A stretch of 64,000 nt of DNA from Candidatus Caldarchaeum sp. (lineage in GTDB: Archaea; Thermoproteota; Nitrososphaeria_A; Caldarchaeales; Caldarchaeaceae): positions 256,001 through 320,000 of the forward strand of contig JAVZZH010000001.1 of the NCBI GenBank assembly GCA_038885755.1, given 5' to 3'. Of this stretch, positions 1-9,117 are shown piece by piece. How positions within the stretch are numbered: position 1 is the first letter of the stretch; the number at the start of each line of letters is the position of its first letter. The notes beneath the pieces are model-generated. The model saw nothing but the letters and a program-made list of their open reading frames with translations. It searched no databases and had not been told where the DNA came from. A program made the position numbers and the translations under genes.

Positions 1-37
1 ACCGAGCAGAAGCAATCCTAAAACGAGGAGAACAATT

Positions 38-1039
38 TTACGCAAACCTGTATCCACACCTCCTGCATGCAAAGTCTCCAGCATAGACGGGGAATCTACA
101 GGCGGGGCAGTATCCCACGATTGACGGCGGCGGGGGTGGGGGCTGCTGATAGGTCGATGAGGGCGGCGCATACACTGGATACGGATAGGTTGGCGGTAGA
201 GGTCTTTTCCTAGCCCGCGTAAAGAATAGGGTTGCTCCGATTATTCCCGCCGATACACCGACGGCTACGGGTAGCGGAAAGACCGCTGAACTAGGTGGTT
301 GAACTTCTGCTTGAACGGTCGCGGTCGTGGAGACCGTTGTAGTGGCTACGATGGTTTCTACGCGTGTTTCTACTCTTGTCAAAGTTTCTATCGCCGTTTC
401 GGTTACCGTCTCCGTCCTTTCCTGCACCACCGTGGTTCTAGTTGTGGCAACGGCTGTTGTCCTCCGCGTGGTCACCGGCGTCGTGTAAGTCGACGTCGAC
501 GCCACGGCCCCGCTCTGCTCGATGTTCACTAGCTGCAGGCCTTTTTTCTGGCCGAATATCACGCCGAGAAGCAGGCCTTTCAACCGGCTGAAAGGCTCTG
601 GCCCGTCTTCGATAAACATCCAGAAAGTCGACTGGTCTGTCGAAGCAACGATCGTGAGCTTAATGCCTTGCATCTCAAGTCCTTTCTGAGCGACTACGAC
701 ATCTACTCCACCGAACTTGAAACGCGTTCCGGGGCTTAGGTCGAGTGGAATCCATAAATCAATCCTCACTCCCGGCTGAATTTCTCCGTTGGGCTTGACG
801 TTTAAGCTGGTCGGCCTCATGACATCCGATTGGATGGCGACGGTGATGGCCTGAGGTGAGACGGATTCGATTATGTATCTGTGGAAAAGGTTCTCAAGCT
901 GCTGTTTCTGCAAGTCGACGACTTGATATACAAAAACGAATCCACGCTGAATGTATGGAGGCGGCTGCTGCGAGTATACGGGAGCAACCAAGGCCAAAGC
1001 AATTATGGAAACGGTTAACAAAGAAAGTAGTGAGCGCAT
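38..1039 (-). CDS. Cell-surface single-pass membrane protein with Thr-rich linker and cytoplasmic C-terminal zinc ribbon
   Basis: ATG at 1039 begins a signal peptide (MRSLLSLLTVSIIALALVAP). It is followed by a Thr-rich stalk, a TM helix (FPLPVAVGVSAGIIGATLFF), a basic stop-transfer segment, a Pro-rich tail and CPAC...CRRC. The ORF-track start at 1096 overlaps the upstream gene. Confidence 0.75.
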   Translation of the reverse strand: MRSLLSLLTVSIIALALVAPVYSQQPPPYIQRGFVFVYQVVDLQKQQLENLFHRYIIESVSPQAITVAIQSDVMRPTSLNVKPNGEIQPGVRIDLWIPLDLSPGTRFKFGGVDVVVAQKGLEMQGIKLTIVASTDQSTFWMFIEDGPEPFSRLKGLLLGVIFGQKKGLQLVNIEQSGAVASTSTYTTPVTTRRTTAVATTRTTVVQERTETVTETAIETLTRVETRVETIVATTTVSTTATVQAEVQPPSSAVFPLPVAVGVSAGIIGATLFFTRARKRPLPPTYPYPVYAPPSSTYQQPPPPPPSIVGYCPACRFPVYAGDFACRRCGYRFA

Positions 1040-1046
1040 CTTCGCA

Positions 1047-1925
1047 TCACGCTGTTTTCTCGACGGGTGCTTTGCCAGCCGCGTAGCCCCAGGCAACTTC
1101 GTCCTGCAGTGCCCATAAAACCCTCTGCACCAAAGCTGCGAGGAACAGAACGGTCAACAACCCTGTTCCAACTAGCCGGATAAACAAAGGCTGGCCCCCG
1201 AGCAGAGCAATCACAAACGCTGCGATGGCCTTGAATAGAGCCACCGGAATAAAGCCGGTAAGCAGGTCGCCGAAGCCTACCGATGTGTACTTAGCTTTGA
1301 CGTATCCAATCCACCATCCCGTGAACGCCGGAAACATCACGTATATGAATTCCTCCAAAGCCAGCGTCAGCAAAAATTCAGGCCGAAGCGGAACGTATCC
1401 CCCGAGCAGGTAGAAGTTGTTGTAGAGAACGTATCCGAGGCCCAGAGAAACACCGTATACGGCTCCGTCGAGGTGGTCGTTGAATTCCCTGCCGGTGAAC
1501 CTGTTGGCGTCCAGAAGATAGAGGATGAGGAAGAAGATGAATTCGAGGAGGATGAGTTTGGCGACGTAGGAGGTTAATCCCGCTGGGAACGGGAGGAGGT
1601 TGAAAAGGGCTGCGACCACGACGCCGACGCCTATCACAGCTACAACAAGTGTCTTCGGCTCCGGCTCATACCTGTCTGTCCGAACCAGCCAAGCCAAAAG
1701 CAGCGCTATCGGCAGCACTGAAAGCCCGACGTAAACCATTATTCCACGGATTTCAGCGACGAGCAGCCCTGCAGCCAAAACGGCGATTACGGCGAATACA
1801 CCGACAACCCAGAGCCTACTGCCGGAATAAACAATCATACCTCTCTGATAAATCTCTGAAGTAGGAGACTTGATAGGAGTCCGCTTGAACCATGTGGCGA
1901 ACGCTTCCCGCCACAGTGAGGACAT
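1047..1925 (-). CDS. PrsW-family intramembrane protease homologue (catalytic residues apparently lost)
   Basis: Multi-pass membrane protein with family signatures DRYEPEP and EFNDHLDGAVYGVSLGLG. The start may be the later ATG (MIVYSG). Confidence 0.75.
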   Translation of the reverse strand: MSSLWREAFATWFKRTPIKSPTSEIYQRGMIVYSGSRLWVVGVFAVIAVLAAGLLVAEIRGIMVYVGLSVLPIALLLAWLVRTDRYEPEPKTLVVAVIGVGVVVAALFNLLPFPAGLTSYVAKLILLEFIFFLILYLLDANRFTGREFNDHLDGAVYGVSLGLGYVLYNNFYLLGGYVPLRPEFLLTLALEEFIYVMFPAFTGWWIGYVKAKYTSVGFGDLLTGFIPVALFKAIAAFVIALLGGQPLFIRLVGTGLLTVLFLAALVQRVLWALQDEVAWGYAAGKAPVEKTA

Positions 1926-1929
1926 CTCA

Positions 1930-2475
1930 CTACACCGCAGGCAGCATCAAAGCCACGTAAATTACGGCGCCGAGAAACACGAAGTATCCGAATAAGTAAA
2001 CGCCCACGGCCAAAGGCTCTTTATCAACGTCGTCGAGGTCAAGGCCGAACGGCTCTATCTTAGCCAATATCCTGTAGTAGATGATTGCGAAGACGTAGGA
2101 AAGCAGGACAGCGGCGAAAAGTGTTATGAGTTTGTAGGCTATGAGCACGGCTGGGTTGACGTTGAGAGTCGCGACGCCTGTTTCAAGCCCGATGGGTAGG
2201 GGGGAGGCCATCGACGCGACGAAACCCATCGAAAGATAGACGAAGAAACCAGCCGCAAACACGCCCGTAGCCAAAGAATTACCCCTTATGACCTGAATTT
2301 CACGAATACCCGGAGTAATCAAGTCAACAACACGAACAGAGACCAACCCGATCAAAAACACGACGACGAAAGTCAAGAAAGTACGGATCAAAACCCAGCC
2401 AAGCCCCGTCAGGAAAACAACGGGGTCAGCCCAAGTAGGCGGAAGAGGAGGCTCGACCTGCATCAGGGAGAGCAT
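1930..2475 (-). CDS. DUF350-type membrane protein (tandem repeat)
   Basis: Four TM helices with two repeats of the D-x-I-T-P...N-x-A-x-G pattern (DLITPGIREIQVIRGNSLATGV and KIEPFGLDLDDVDKEPLAVGV). Confidence 0.6.
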   Translation of the reverse strand: MLSLMQVEPPLPPTWADPVVFLTGLGWVLIRTFLTFVVVFLIGLVSVRVVDLITPGIREIQVIRGNSLATGVFAAGFFVYLSMGFVASMASPLPIGLETGVATLNVNPAVLIAYKLITLFAAVLLSYVFAIIYYRILAKIEPFGLDLDDVDKEPLAVGVYLFGYFVFLGAVIYVALMLPAV

Positions 2476-2795
2476 ACATCCCTGTTTTCGAAACCCGGTA
2501 TAAATACGTTTTTCCGTCCAATTTAGGGTCCACCATAAATCTCACGTCATAGACGCTTACTCCCACGCGGGGCGTGTTAATGCGTCAACCGGCTGTATGA
2601 GGTTTTGATGATCACGCGGAGAACCGAGAACATCTTGAATAGTTTCAAACACGCCGGTCTTTGCATAGTCTAGGACTCGTCGCTGCGTTATCATTCGACA
2701 GCACCCCCGAAAGATGGGGGAGGTTTTCATATCCTGTAGGGCCGTGCAGAACCGGCGTTGAGAGGAGATCGCTGCAAGCTCCTATGGAGTAGGTG

Positions 2796-3785
2796 TTATG
2801 TGTTTCGATGGGTTGTGGGTTTTGTTTCCAGCAGCCGAGGAGGCTCGAAGCCTTCAGCTTTGGCTGCGCTGACCCAGTACCGGCTTACCGTCTCCTGTAT
2901 GTGGTTGATTGCTTGTTGCTGGCGGTGGGGGGTGAAAAGATGTCTGTATCGACCCTGAACCCTCAAGTATTCTTCCACGGGCTTGAGCGCTCGAGGCACG
3001 ACCGTGTGGCGCACCACTCCATGCACTGCTTCCTTCAAAGGCCACACCCCGGTGTCGACAGCCAGCCTTGAAACCTTTACAGCTTCTGAGGAGTCGAACC
3101 CCCAGCCTGTCGGGCAGGGAGCTAGAGAGATGAAAAGCTTGGGGCCCCTGAGCCTCGAAGCTTTCTCAACCTTTCTCAGCATGTCGACAACGTGTGAGGG
3201 AGCCAGCGTTGCGACGTAGGGCGGTTTGTGGCTTCTCCAGATCTCGAACAAGTCTTTCTTGACGCCGGTGTAGCCTGCTGGGTTGAGGCTGGTTGGAGGC
3301 GTTGTAGAGGTCGAGGAACCATAGGGGGTTGCGCCGCTTTTCTGGAAGCCTGTGTTGCCGTAGGACTCGTTGTCGTAAACGAGGTAGTAGAAGTCGAGAC
3401 CTCTCTCGATGGCGCCGGAAGACGACTGCAGCCCTATGTCGTAGGCAGCTCCGTCGCCGGTCAGAACGACGACCTGCATCCTCTCACCCGGACTCAACCT
3501 GCCCTTCGCAATCAGGATGTCGAACGCATCGCTTATTCCCTGAGCTCCGGCGGGAGCCGACGCGAACGCCGTGTACATCCAGCTGGACTTGAGCGGAGTA
3601 TATGGGTAGACCTGCATCAGAGTCAGGCATCCCGCCGCGTTCACGAAGACAACGTTCCCGCCGAGGGCTTTGTGGAAGACCCTCAGAACCAGCATGGCGC
3701 CGCAGCCGGCGCACATGGGCGATCCCGGTGAAAGATACTCTTCGACGGGAAACTCTCTCAAAGTCTTGAACTTGGTCTCCATCAT
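2796..3785 (-). CDS. porB: 2-oxoacid (pyruvate-type):ferredoxin oxidoreductase beta subunit
   Basis: CAGCG, GCL, TPP-binding GDG...DNESYGNTG and APCPTGW motifs. ATGA overlap with porA. Confidence 0.9.
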   Translation of the reverse strand: MMETKFKTLREFPVEEYLSPGSPMCAGCGAMLVLRVFHKALGGNVVFVNAAGCLTLMQVYPYTPLKSSWMYTAFASAPAGAQGISDAFDILIAKGRLSPGERMQVVVLTGDGAAYDIGLQSSSGAIERGLDFYYLVYDNESYGNTGFQKSGATPYGSSTSTTPPTSLNPAGYTGVKKDLFEIWRSHKPPYVATLAPSHVVDMLRKVEKASRLRGPKLFISLAPCPTGWGFDSSEAVKVSRLAVDTGVWPLKEAVHGVVRHTVVPRALKPVEEYLRVQGRYRHLFTPHRQQQAINHIQETVSRYWVSAAKAEGFEPPRLLETKPTTHRNT

Positions 3786-5008
3786 TCATCACCCCCGCCC
3801 GCAAGCTGGAAAGCTCTTTGAAAGTCTCTGAGCTCGTCTTCACGGAAGAGGAACAAAGGCTTGTCGACCTCCGGTCCGTCTCCTCGTGCAAGCAGCCTGA
3901 AAACGTGTTCAAACTCCTCCTCCGTCACGTATTTCCCGCCCACTCCGCCTATCACTGACATTATTCTCTCCGGCCTGTTTCTGGCGTGGATGAGCGCCGC
4001 AGCTGTCTCGTTGTAGATTATTCCTCCGAGGCCGGGGGAGATGTTTTGGTCGAACACAGCCACAGCCCTCCTGCTCCTCAACACTTCCTCGAGCTTTTTC
4101 CCCGGGAACGGTCGGAGCATGACGATTTTAGCGAGGCCGGCCGCCACTCCTCTCTCCCTCAACTTCATGACGGCTCTCCTAGCGATTGTCGTGAACGAGT
4201 TCGTCATCACGAGGACATATTCGGCGTCGTCGAGCATATACCCCTCAACCGCCTCGACACGCCTGCCGCAAATCTTCTCGAACTTTTCAGAAGCCTCTTC
4301 AAAGACTCGACTAGCTCTGACCATCGACTCGTGTATGTTGTGCTTGAAGTATGTGTAGATGTGTCCCCCGAACACGGCGGCTCCCTTTACGACGTGTTTC
4401 TCAGCTCGGAAGGGCCGGGGGTTTGTGTAAGGCGGTAAGAACTCAGCGACATCCTCCTCGGACGGGAGATGCACTGCTTCACGGGTGAACGAGAGGTAGA
4501 AACCATCCATGTTTACGATCGAGGGCAGCAAGACCCTTCTGTCCTCGGAGACGCGGTAGGCTAGAAGGATCAAGTCGAGCACGTCCTGACAACGTTCGGC
4601 GTGAAACTGCAAGAACCCGCTGTCCCTCGCAGCCAGTACGTCGTTGTGGTCGGGCTCGAGCGTGATGGGAGCGGCTAAAGCCCTCGAGACGTTAACTAGA
4701 ACTATCGGAGCCCTCCATCCAGATATGTTGTACAGCATCTCAAACCCGTAGAGAAGACCTTGGCTCGACGTTGACGTGAACACCCTCGCGCCTGTCAGCG
4801 AGGCTGTTCCGGCGGCTGTGAGCATCGAGTGCTCCGACTCGAGCTGCACCAGCTTCGCCCTCATCAAGCCTTGGCTTATCCATTTGGCGAGCGTCTCGAT
4901 GATCTCGGTCTGCGGGGTTATGGGGTACGCCGGAATGTAGTCGACGTCTGCGAGTCTCGCCGCCCACGCAGCCGCTGTGTTCCCGGTCATCAAGTCGTAT
5001 TCACGCAT
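3782..5008 (-). CDS. porA: 2-oxoacid (pyruvate-type):ferredoxin oxidoreductase alpha subunit
   Basis: GNxAAA, YPITPQT, ESEHS and TSSQGL motifs. Confidence 0.9.
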   Translation of the reverse strand: MREYDLMTGNTAAAWAARLADVDYIPAYPITPQTEIIETLAKWISQGLMRAKLVQLESEHSMLTAAGTASLTGARVFTSTSSQGLLYGFEMLYNISGWRAPIVLVNVSRALAAPITLEPDHNDVLAARDSGFLQFHAERCQDVLDLILLAYRVSEDRRVLLPSIVNMDGFYLSFTREAVHLPSEEDVAEFLPPYTNPRPFRAEKHVVKGAAVFGGHIYTYFKHNIHESMVRASRVFEEASEKFEKICGRRVEAVEGYMLDDAEYVLVMTNSFTTIARRAVMKLRERGVAAGLAKIVMLRPFPGKKLEEVLRSRRAVAVFDQNISPGLGGIIYNETAAALIHARNRPERIMSVIGGVGGKYVTEEEFEHVFRLLARGDGPEVDKPLFLFREDELRDFQRAFQLAGGGDE

Positions 5009-5888
5009 AAGCCCTCACCTCCTTCACGGCTGAGATAGCCTTCAGCGGGCACTCCTTCAAGCATATCAGGCAGCCCTTGCAGTTTTCGTAGTCGACCACA
5101 GGCCTGCCCTCAGCGTCTAGGACGATGGCTGAGTCGGGGCAGTAGACGAAGCAAACCATGCATCCTGTACACTTGCTGTAGTCTACGACCGGCCTGAAAA
5201 CTCTCCAGTTTCCAGTTCTCCTTAAGTAGGAATTACCCGTCCTAGTTATGTCGCCCGAGACAACAGCTTCAGAAGAAAGGCTGGCGAGAACGACAGGCCT
5301 CCTATACTCCTCGTCAAAGCTCACCGGATGACGAGGTATCTTTTCAAATACTTCTGAGACGAGCTTGAGGTTCTTCTCCAGCATCTCCCCGCCGAGGCCC
5401 AGCTCCGCCAGCTCCTCGGAAGCAGCCTCCAAAACATGCCTTTTCCTAATCAACCCAGATATCTTCGCAGCTGTTGCGGCGGCTGGAGCGCTTATCACAG
5501 GCCTGCCGATGGTCTTCAACGCCTCGTCTGTCAAGCTGTACCTCAAGACGGTGTACCCATCCCGCGACGACTCGGAAGCTTCGGACGCCGCCGTGTTTAT
5601 GAAAGCGACGCCGCCTCTCTGAAGCCCTTCCAGAGGCCTAGCCTGCCTGTCTTCGATGAGTGTCTCATCCATCACGACGACTATGTGTGGGTGGAAGATA
5701 TACCCCCTTTCAAGGATGGGCCCGTGCGATATCCGGGTGAAGGCGGCGACCGGGGCCCCCCTTCTCTCGGCGCCGTAGATGGGCGAGTCCTGAGCAAAGT
5801 AGCCAGCTAGGAAGGCAGCTCGGCCGAGAATACGGCTGCTCGTCTTAACCCCCTGCCCGCCTCTTCCGTGAAACCTAACCCTAAGCAA
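5001..5888 (-). CDS. 2-oxoacid:ferredoxin oxidoreductase fused gamma/delta subunit
   Basis: N-terminal HGRGGQG and YGAERRG (gamma). C-terminal TGNWR plus two CxxCxxCxxxCP [4Fe-4S] motifs (delta). Confidence 0.9.
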   Translation of the reverse strand: MLRVRFHGRGGQGVKTSSRILGRAAFLAGYFAQDSPIYGAERRGAPVAAFTRISHGPILERGYIFHPHIVVVMDETLIEDRQARPLEGLQRGGVAFINTAASEASESSRDGYTVLRYSLTDEALKTIGRPVISAPAAATAAKISGLIRKRHVLEAASEELAELGLGGEMLEKNLKLVSEVFEKIPRHPVSFDEEYRRPVVLASLSSEAVVSGDITRTGNSYLRRTGNWRVFRPVVDYSKCTGCMVCFVYCPDSAIVLDAEGRPVVDYENCKGCLICLKECPLKAISAVKEVRAYA

Positions 5889-5975
5889 GGGGGTTCCCTA
5901 CTGTATATACTTCGGCTGCTGAATATATTTGTTTTGATGGCTTGCATTTAAAAACACGCCGGACAACGGGTTGGC

Positions 5976-8102
5976 GTGAGCGGGCTGGATCTTTTCTTCA
6001 ACCCGGGTTCCGTGGCGGTGGCGGGGGTGTCGAGGGACGAGTCTAAGATAGGGCGTGTGATATATGAAAGGCTGCTGGAGAACAAGCGTTCCGGCCTCCT
6101 CAAAGCCGACCTCTACCCTGTCAGCGATTCGGGTGGAGAGGTCCGCGGCGCGAGGGTTTACCGTTCTCTCGACGAGATAGGGAGAGGGGTTGACTTGGTC
6201 GTCGTAGCCGTCCCAGCCGCCGCGGTTCCCGATTTGATCTTGGACGCTGGAAGATGCGGGGCTAGGGCTGCGGTCTTGGTCAGCGGAGGGTTCTCGGAGG
6301 CGGGCAACCACGATCTAGACAGAAGGCTTAGAGAAGCCGTCGCCGTATCGGGGGTTAGAGTCATGGGCCCCAACACCGTCGGAGTCCTAGATCCTTACAC
6401 GGGCGTGGAAACTTTCTTCACAAAGCCCGTCAAGCCTTTCTCAGACGGGAGGCAGGCCCGAACCATCACCTACCCTCCACGTGGAAGCGTGGCCGTCGTG
6501 TCCCAGAGCGGTGCTCTAGCCTACTTCATCATAGACTCTCTCGGGGAGAGGAACGCCGGGCTCAGGGCGGCGGCCTGCGTCGGCAACCAAATCGACGTGA
6601 AAATCGCTGAGCTTGTCGGCTACTTTGCTGAGGACAGGCTGACCAAGGTCGTGGCCGTCTACGTGGAGGGGCTTGACGACGGGCGAGAGTTCCTCAACAT
6701 GGTTTTGAGAGCTAGGAGGGCGGGAAAGCAAGTTGTGGTGCTTAAGGCCGGCAGGACGGCGGCGGGCGGTAGAGCCGCTTACACGCACACAGCCAGCATG
6801 GTGGGAGAATGGGACGTCTACTACGGGGCCTTCCGTCAAGCGGGAGCCATCGTAGTAGACAACGTAAGGGAGTTGGTCGACGTCGCCTTCACCGCGAGCA
6901 TTCAGAGACCTCCGAAGAACAGGAAGGCTTTCGTGCTGTCGAACGCCGGAGGATTCTCGGTGATGGCCTCCGACTTCGCGGCGATGGGCGGGCTGGAGCT
7001 TCCACCTCTTCCGGATGATGTCGTCGAAAGGTTGGAGCATCTCAAGCAGTCCGGCATCCTGCCAGCCATAGTCGTGCCCAGCAACCCACTCGACCTGAGC
7101 GGAAGCGCCACCCCCCAAGCCTTCGAAGAAGCCTGCAAAGCCTTGTCCGGAGAATTCGGCATCCATCTCCTCATGCCCTTCCACCTGCCTCCAGCCATGG
7201 ACGACACGGTCGTCGACAGGCTTTCGAACTTGGCTGCGGCGAGCGGGGCTACGGTGGTGGCCTGCGATGCAGGCGGGTCTGAGTGGGCTTTGAGGATACG
7301 ACGAATGTTCGTGGAGAGGGGGGTGCCTGCGTTGAGCAGCGTCGAGGAGGCTGTAAGAGCCCTGTGTCTCTACGCCCAGGCTTACACACCTTCTAGGGCA
7401 GGTTTTCCATCATTCCGGATGAGGGAGGGTGAAGTTTCACCCATCCCCCGAGCTGAGCTGCGTGGGCTTCTGCGGAGGTATGGGTTGGAGACGGCTATGG
7501 AGGAGGTGGTTTTCGACGAAGCTGAAGCTGTCGAGGCAGCTATGAGGATAGGGTTCCCGGTTGTGATGAAGGTTGCTTCCGACAGGCTTCCCCACAAGAC
7601 CGACGTCGGGGGAGTTGTTGTTGGAGTAGAATCGGCTGAGGCTGCTGCGAAGGCGTTTGAAAGGCTTAACGGTGTTGCTCACAGGCTCGGCGTCGGAGAC
7701 GACGGCGTCGTCGTCCAGGAAACCGTCAAAGGTGTCGAGCTTCTTCTAGGAGCGAAGACCGACAGGGTCTTCGGCCCCGTCGCGACGGTGGGGGTGGGCG
7801 GCGTCTTCACGGAGCTCGTGAGGGATTTCATCACTTTCGTATCGCCTGTGGACGAGGAGGAGGCGGGCATGATGCTTGCGATGCTCAGGTCGTCGAGGCT
7901 CCTAGCCGGCTTCAGGAACCTACCGCCCGCAGACCCCGATCATCTCAAGAGAGCCATAGCCAGCTTTTCGAGAATCCTTTACGACAACCCGTCCATCCAC
8001 CAGCTTGAGATAAACCCTTTAATGGTTTTCGGCAGCACTATAAAAGCCGTCGACTTCAGAGGCCTCAGAACAGCGGCGGCCCCCGAGCCGACCAACATTT
8101 AA
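5976..8102 (+). CDS. ADP-forming acetate/acyl-CoA ligase (fused alpha-beta)
   Basis: FNPGSVAVAG CoA-binding domain, GPNTVG, SQSGAL, phospho-His AAYTHTASM, NPLDL, and ATP-grasp HKTDVGGV and EINPL. Confidence 0.9.
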   Translation: MSGLDLFFNPGSVAVAGVSRDESKIGRVIYERLLENKRSGLLKADLYPVSDSGGEVRGARVYRSLDEIGRGVDLVVVAVPAAAVPDLILDAGRCGARAAVLVSGGFSEAGNHDLDRRLREAVAVSGVRVMGPNTVGVLDPYTGVETFFTKPVKPFSDGRQARTITYPPRGSVAVVSQSGALAYFIIDSLGERNAGLRAAACVGNQIDVKIAELVGYFAEDRLTKVVAVYVEGLDDGREFLNMVLRARRAGKQVVVLKAGRTAAGGRAAYTHTASMVGEWDVYYGAFRQAGAIVVDNVRELVDVAFTASIQRPPKNRKAFVLSNAGGFSVMASDFAAMGGLELPPLPDDVVERLEHLKQSGILPAIVVPSNPLDLSGSATPQAFEEACKALSGEFGIHLLMPFHLPPAMDDTVVDRLSNLAAASGATVVACDAGGSEWALRIRRMFVERGVPALSSVEEAVRALCLYAQAYTPSRAGFPSFRMREGEVSPIPRAELRGLLRRYGLETAMEEVVFDEAEAVEAAMRIGFPVVMKVASDRLPHKTDVGGVVVGVESAEAAAKAFERLNGVAHRLGVGDDGVVVQETVKGVELLLGAKTDRVFGPVATVGVGGVFTELVRDFITFVSPVDEEEAGMMLAMLRSSRLLAGFRNLPPADPDHLKRAIASFSRILYDNPSIHQLEINPLMVFGSTIKAVDFRGLRTAAAPEPTNI

Positions 8103-8133
8103 AAACAACAACCTGCACACCATACCCGCAGGC

Positions 8134-8209
8134 GGGGCCGTGGTCTAGCATGGTCTAAGACTCCAGCCTGGGGCGCTGGCAATCCTGGGTTCAAATCCCA
8201 GCGGCCCCA
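8134..8209 (+). tRNA. tRNA-Pro (GGG)
   Basis: Acceptor stem GGGGCCG/CGGCCCC, anticodon arm CCAGC-CT-GGG-GC-GCTGG and T-loop GGTTCAAATCC. An A/T-rich TATA-like box lies near 8098-8105. Confidence 0.97.
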
Positions 8210-8262
8210 TCCCGGATGGATTTAATAATCACAGGTCTGCACGACGTCCTGAAAACAGTCAC

Positions 8263-9117
8263 ATGGCGAGCGGCTTCACCGTCGAGATAGCTTTCGACAT
8301 TCCCCGACTAGAGGAGAAGATGCTTGCGAAGACGGCTGCGGCGAAAGGGTTCGGCGTCAAGCTGACAAACGTCAAGCAGGTTTCTTTCGGGTTTGAACGG
8401 CCCTCGGTCGACGTCAGCTTGATTAGATGCGTCTCGATGTACGGAGCGGTTCACACAGCCGCCATACGCGAGGGAGCGGGCGTGAGAGCAGTAAACTCGT
8501 CGTCCGCCATCCTATACTCAGGCGACAAGATTCTCACGGTTTCGAGGCTTAAGATGGCTGGACTGCCTGTTCCCCGGACCGCGGTTGGACTGAACTCCGA
8601 GGCCGCGAAGAAGGCTTTGGAGAAGGTGGGGTTGCCTGCCGTGGACAAGCCGCCGATAGGTAGCTGGGGACGTCTTGTAGCGTTGGTGAAGGACCCTGAA
8701 GACTTCAAGATCGTCCTAGAGCACAGGGAGATGTTGTCAAGCAGCTACATGAAGACCCATCTCATACAGGAATACATAAACCTGCCAAACAGGGACATCA
8801 GAACGCTCATAATCGGCGACGACGTTGTGGGCGCCATCTACAGATACAGGTCTTCGAACGACTGGAGGACGAACATAGCCCTAGGCGGAGAGCCTTCTCC
8901 GGCCTTCCTCAACGACGACCTGATAGAGATCAGTTTGAGGGCGGCCAAGGCTGTGGGCGGTGAGTTTGTGAGCGTGGACATCTTCGAGACCGTGGACGGA
9001 AGCTATCTGGTGAACGAGGTTAACGGCGTCCCGGAATTCAAGGGCCTGATGCGCGCCACCTCAGCAGACATACCTGAGAAGGTCATGACCTACCTCTTCA
9101 AGTCCTCGAGACGCTGA
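8263..9117 (+). CDS. RimK/LysX-family ATP-grasp ligase (LysX/ArgX-like)
   Basis: IRCVSM, GDK, KPPIGSWGR, QEYI, RDIR, WRTNIALGG and NEVNGVPEFKG motifs. Confidence 0.85.
   Translation: MASGFTVEIAFDIPRLEEKMLAKTAAAKGFGVKLTNVKQVSFGFERPSVDVSLIRCVSMYGAVHTAAIREGAGVRAVNSSSAILYSGDKILTVSRLKMAGLPVPRTAVGLNSEAAKKALEKVGLPAVDKPPIGSWGRLVALVKDPEDFKIVLEHREMLSSSYMKTHLIQEYINLPNRDIRTLIIGDDVVGAIYRYRSSNDWRTNIALGGEPSPAFLNDDLIEISLRAAKAVGGEFVSVDIFETVDGSYLVNEVNGVPEFKGLMRATSADIPEKVMTYLFKSSRR

Noticed and set aside
300-520. Repetitive-looking DNA
   Set aside because: It encodes a Thr/Val-rich protein stalk and is not a DNA repeat array.
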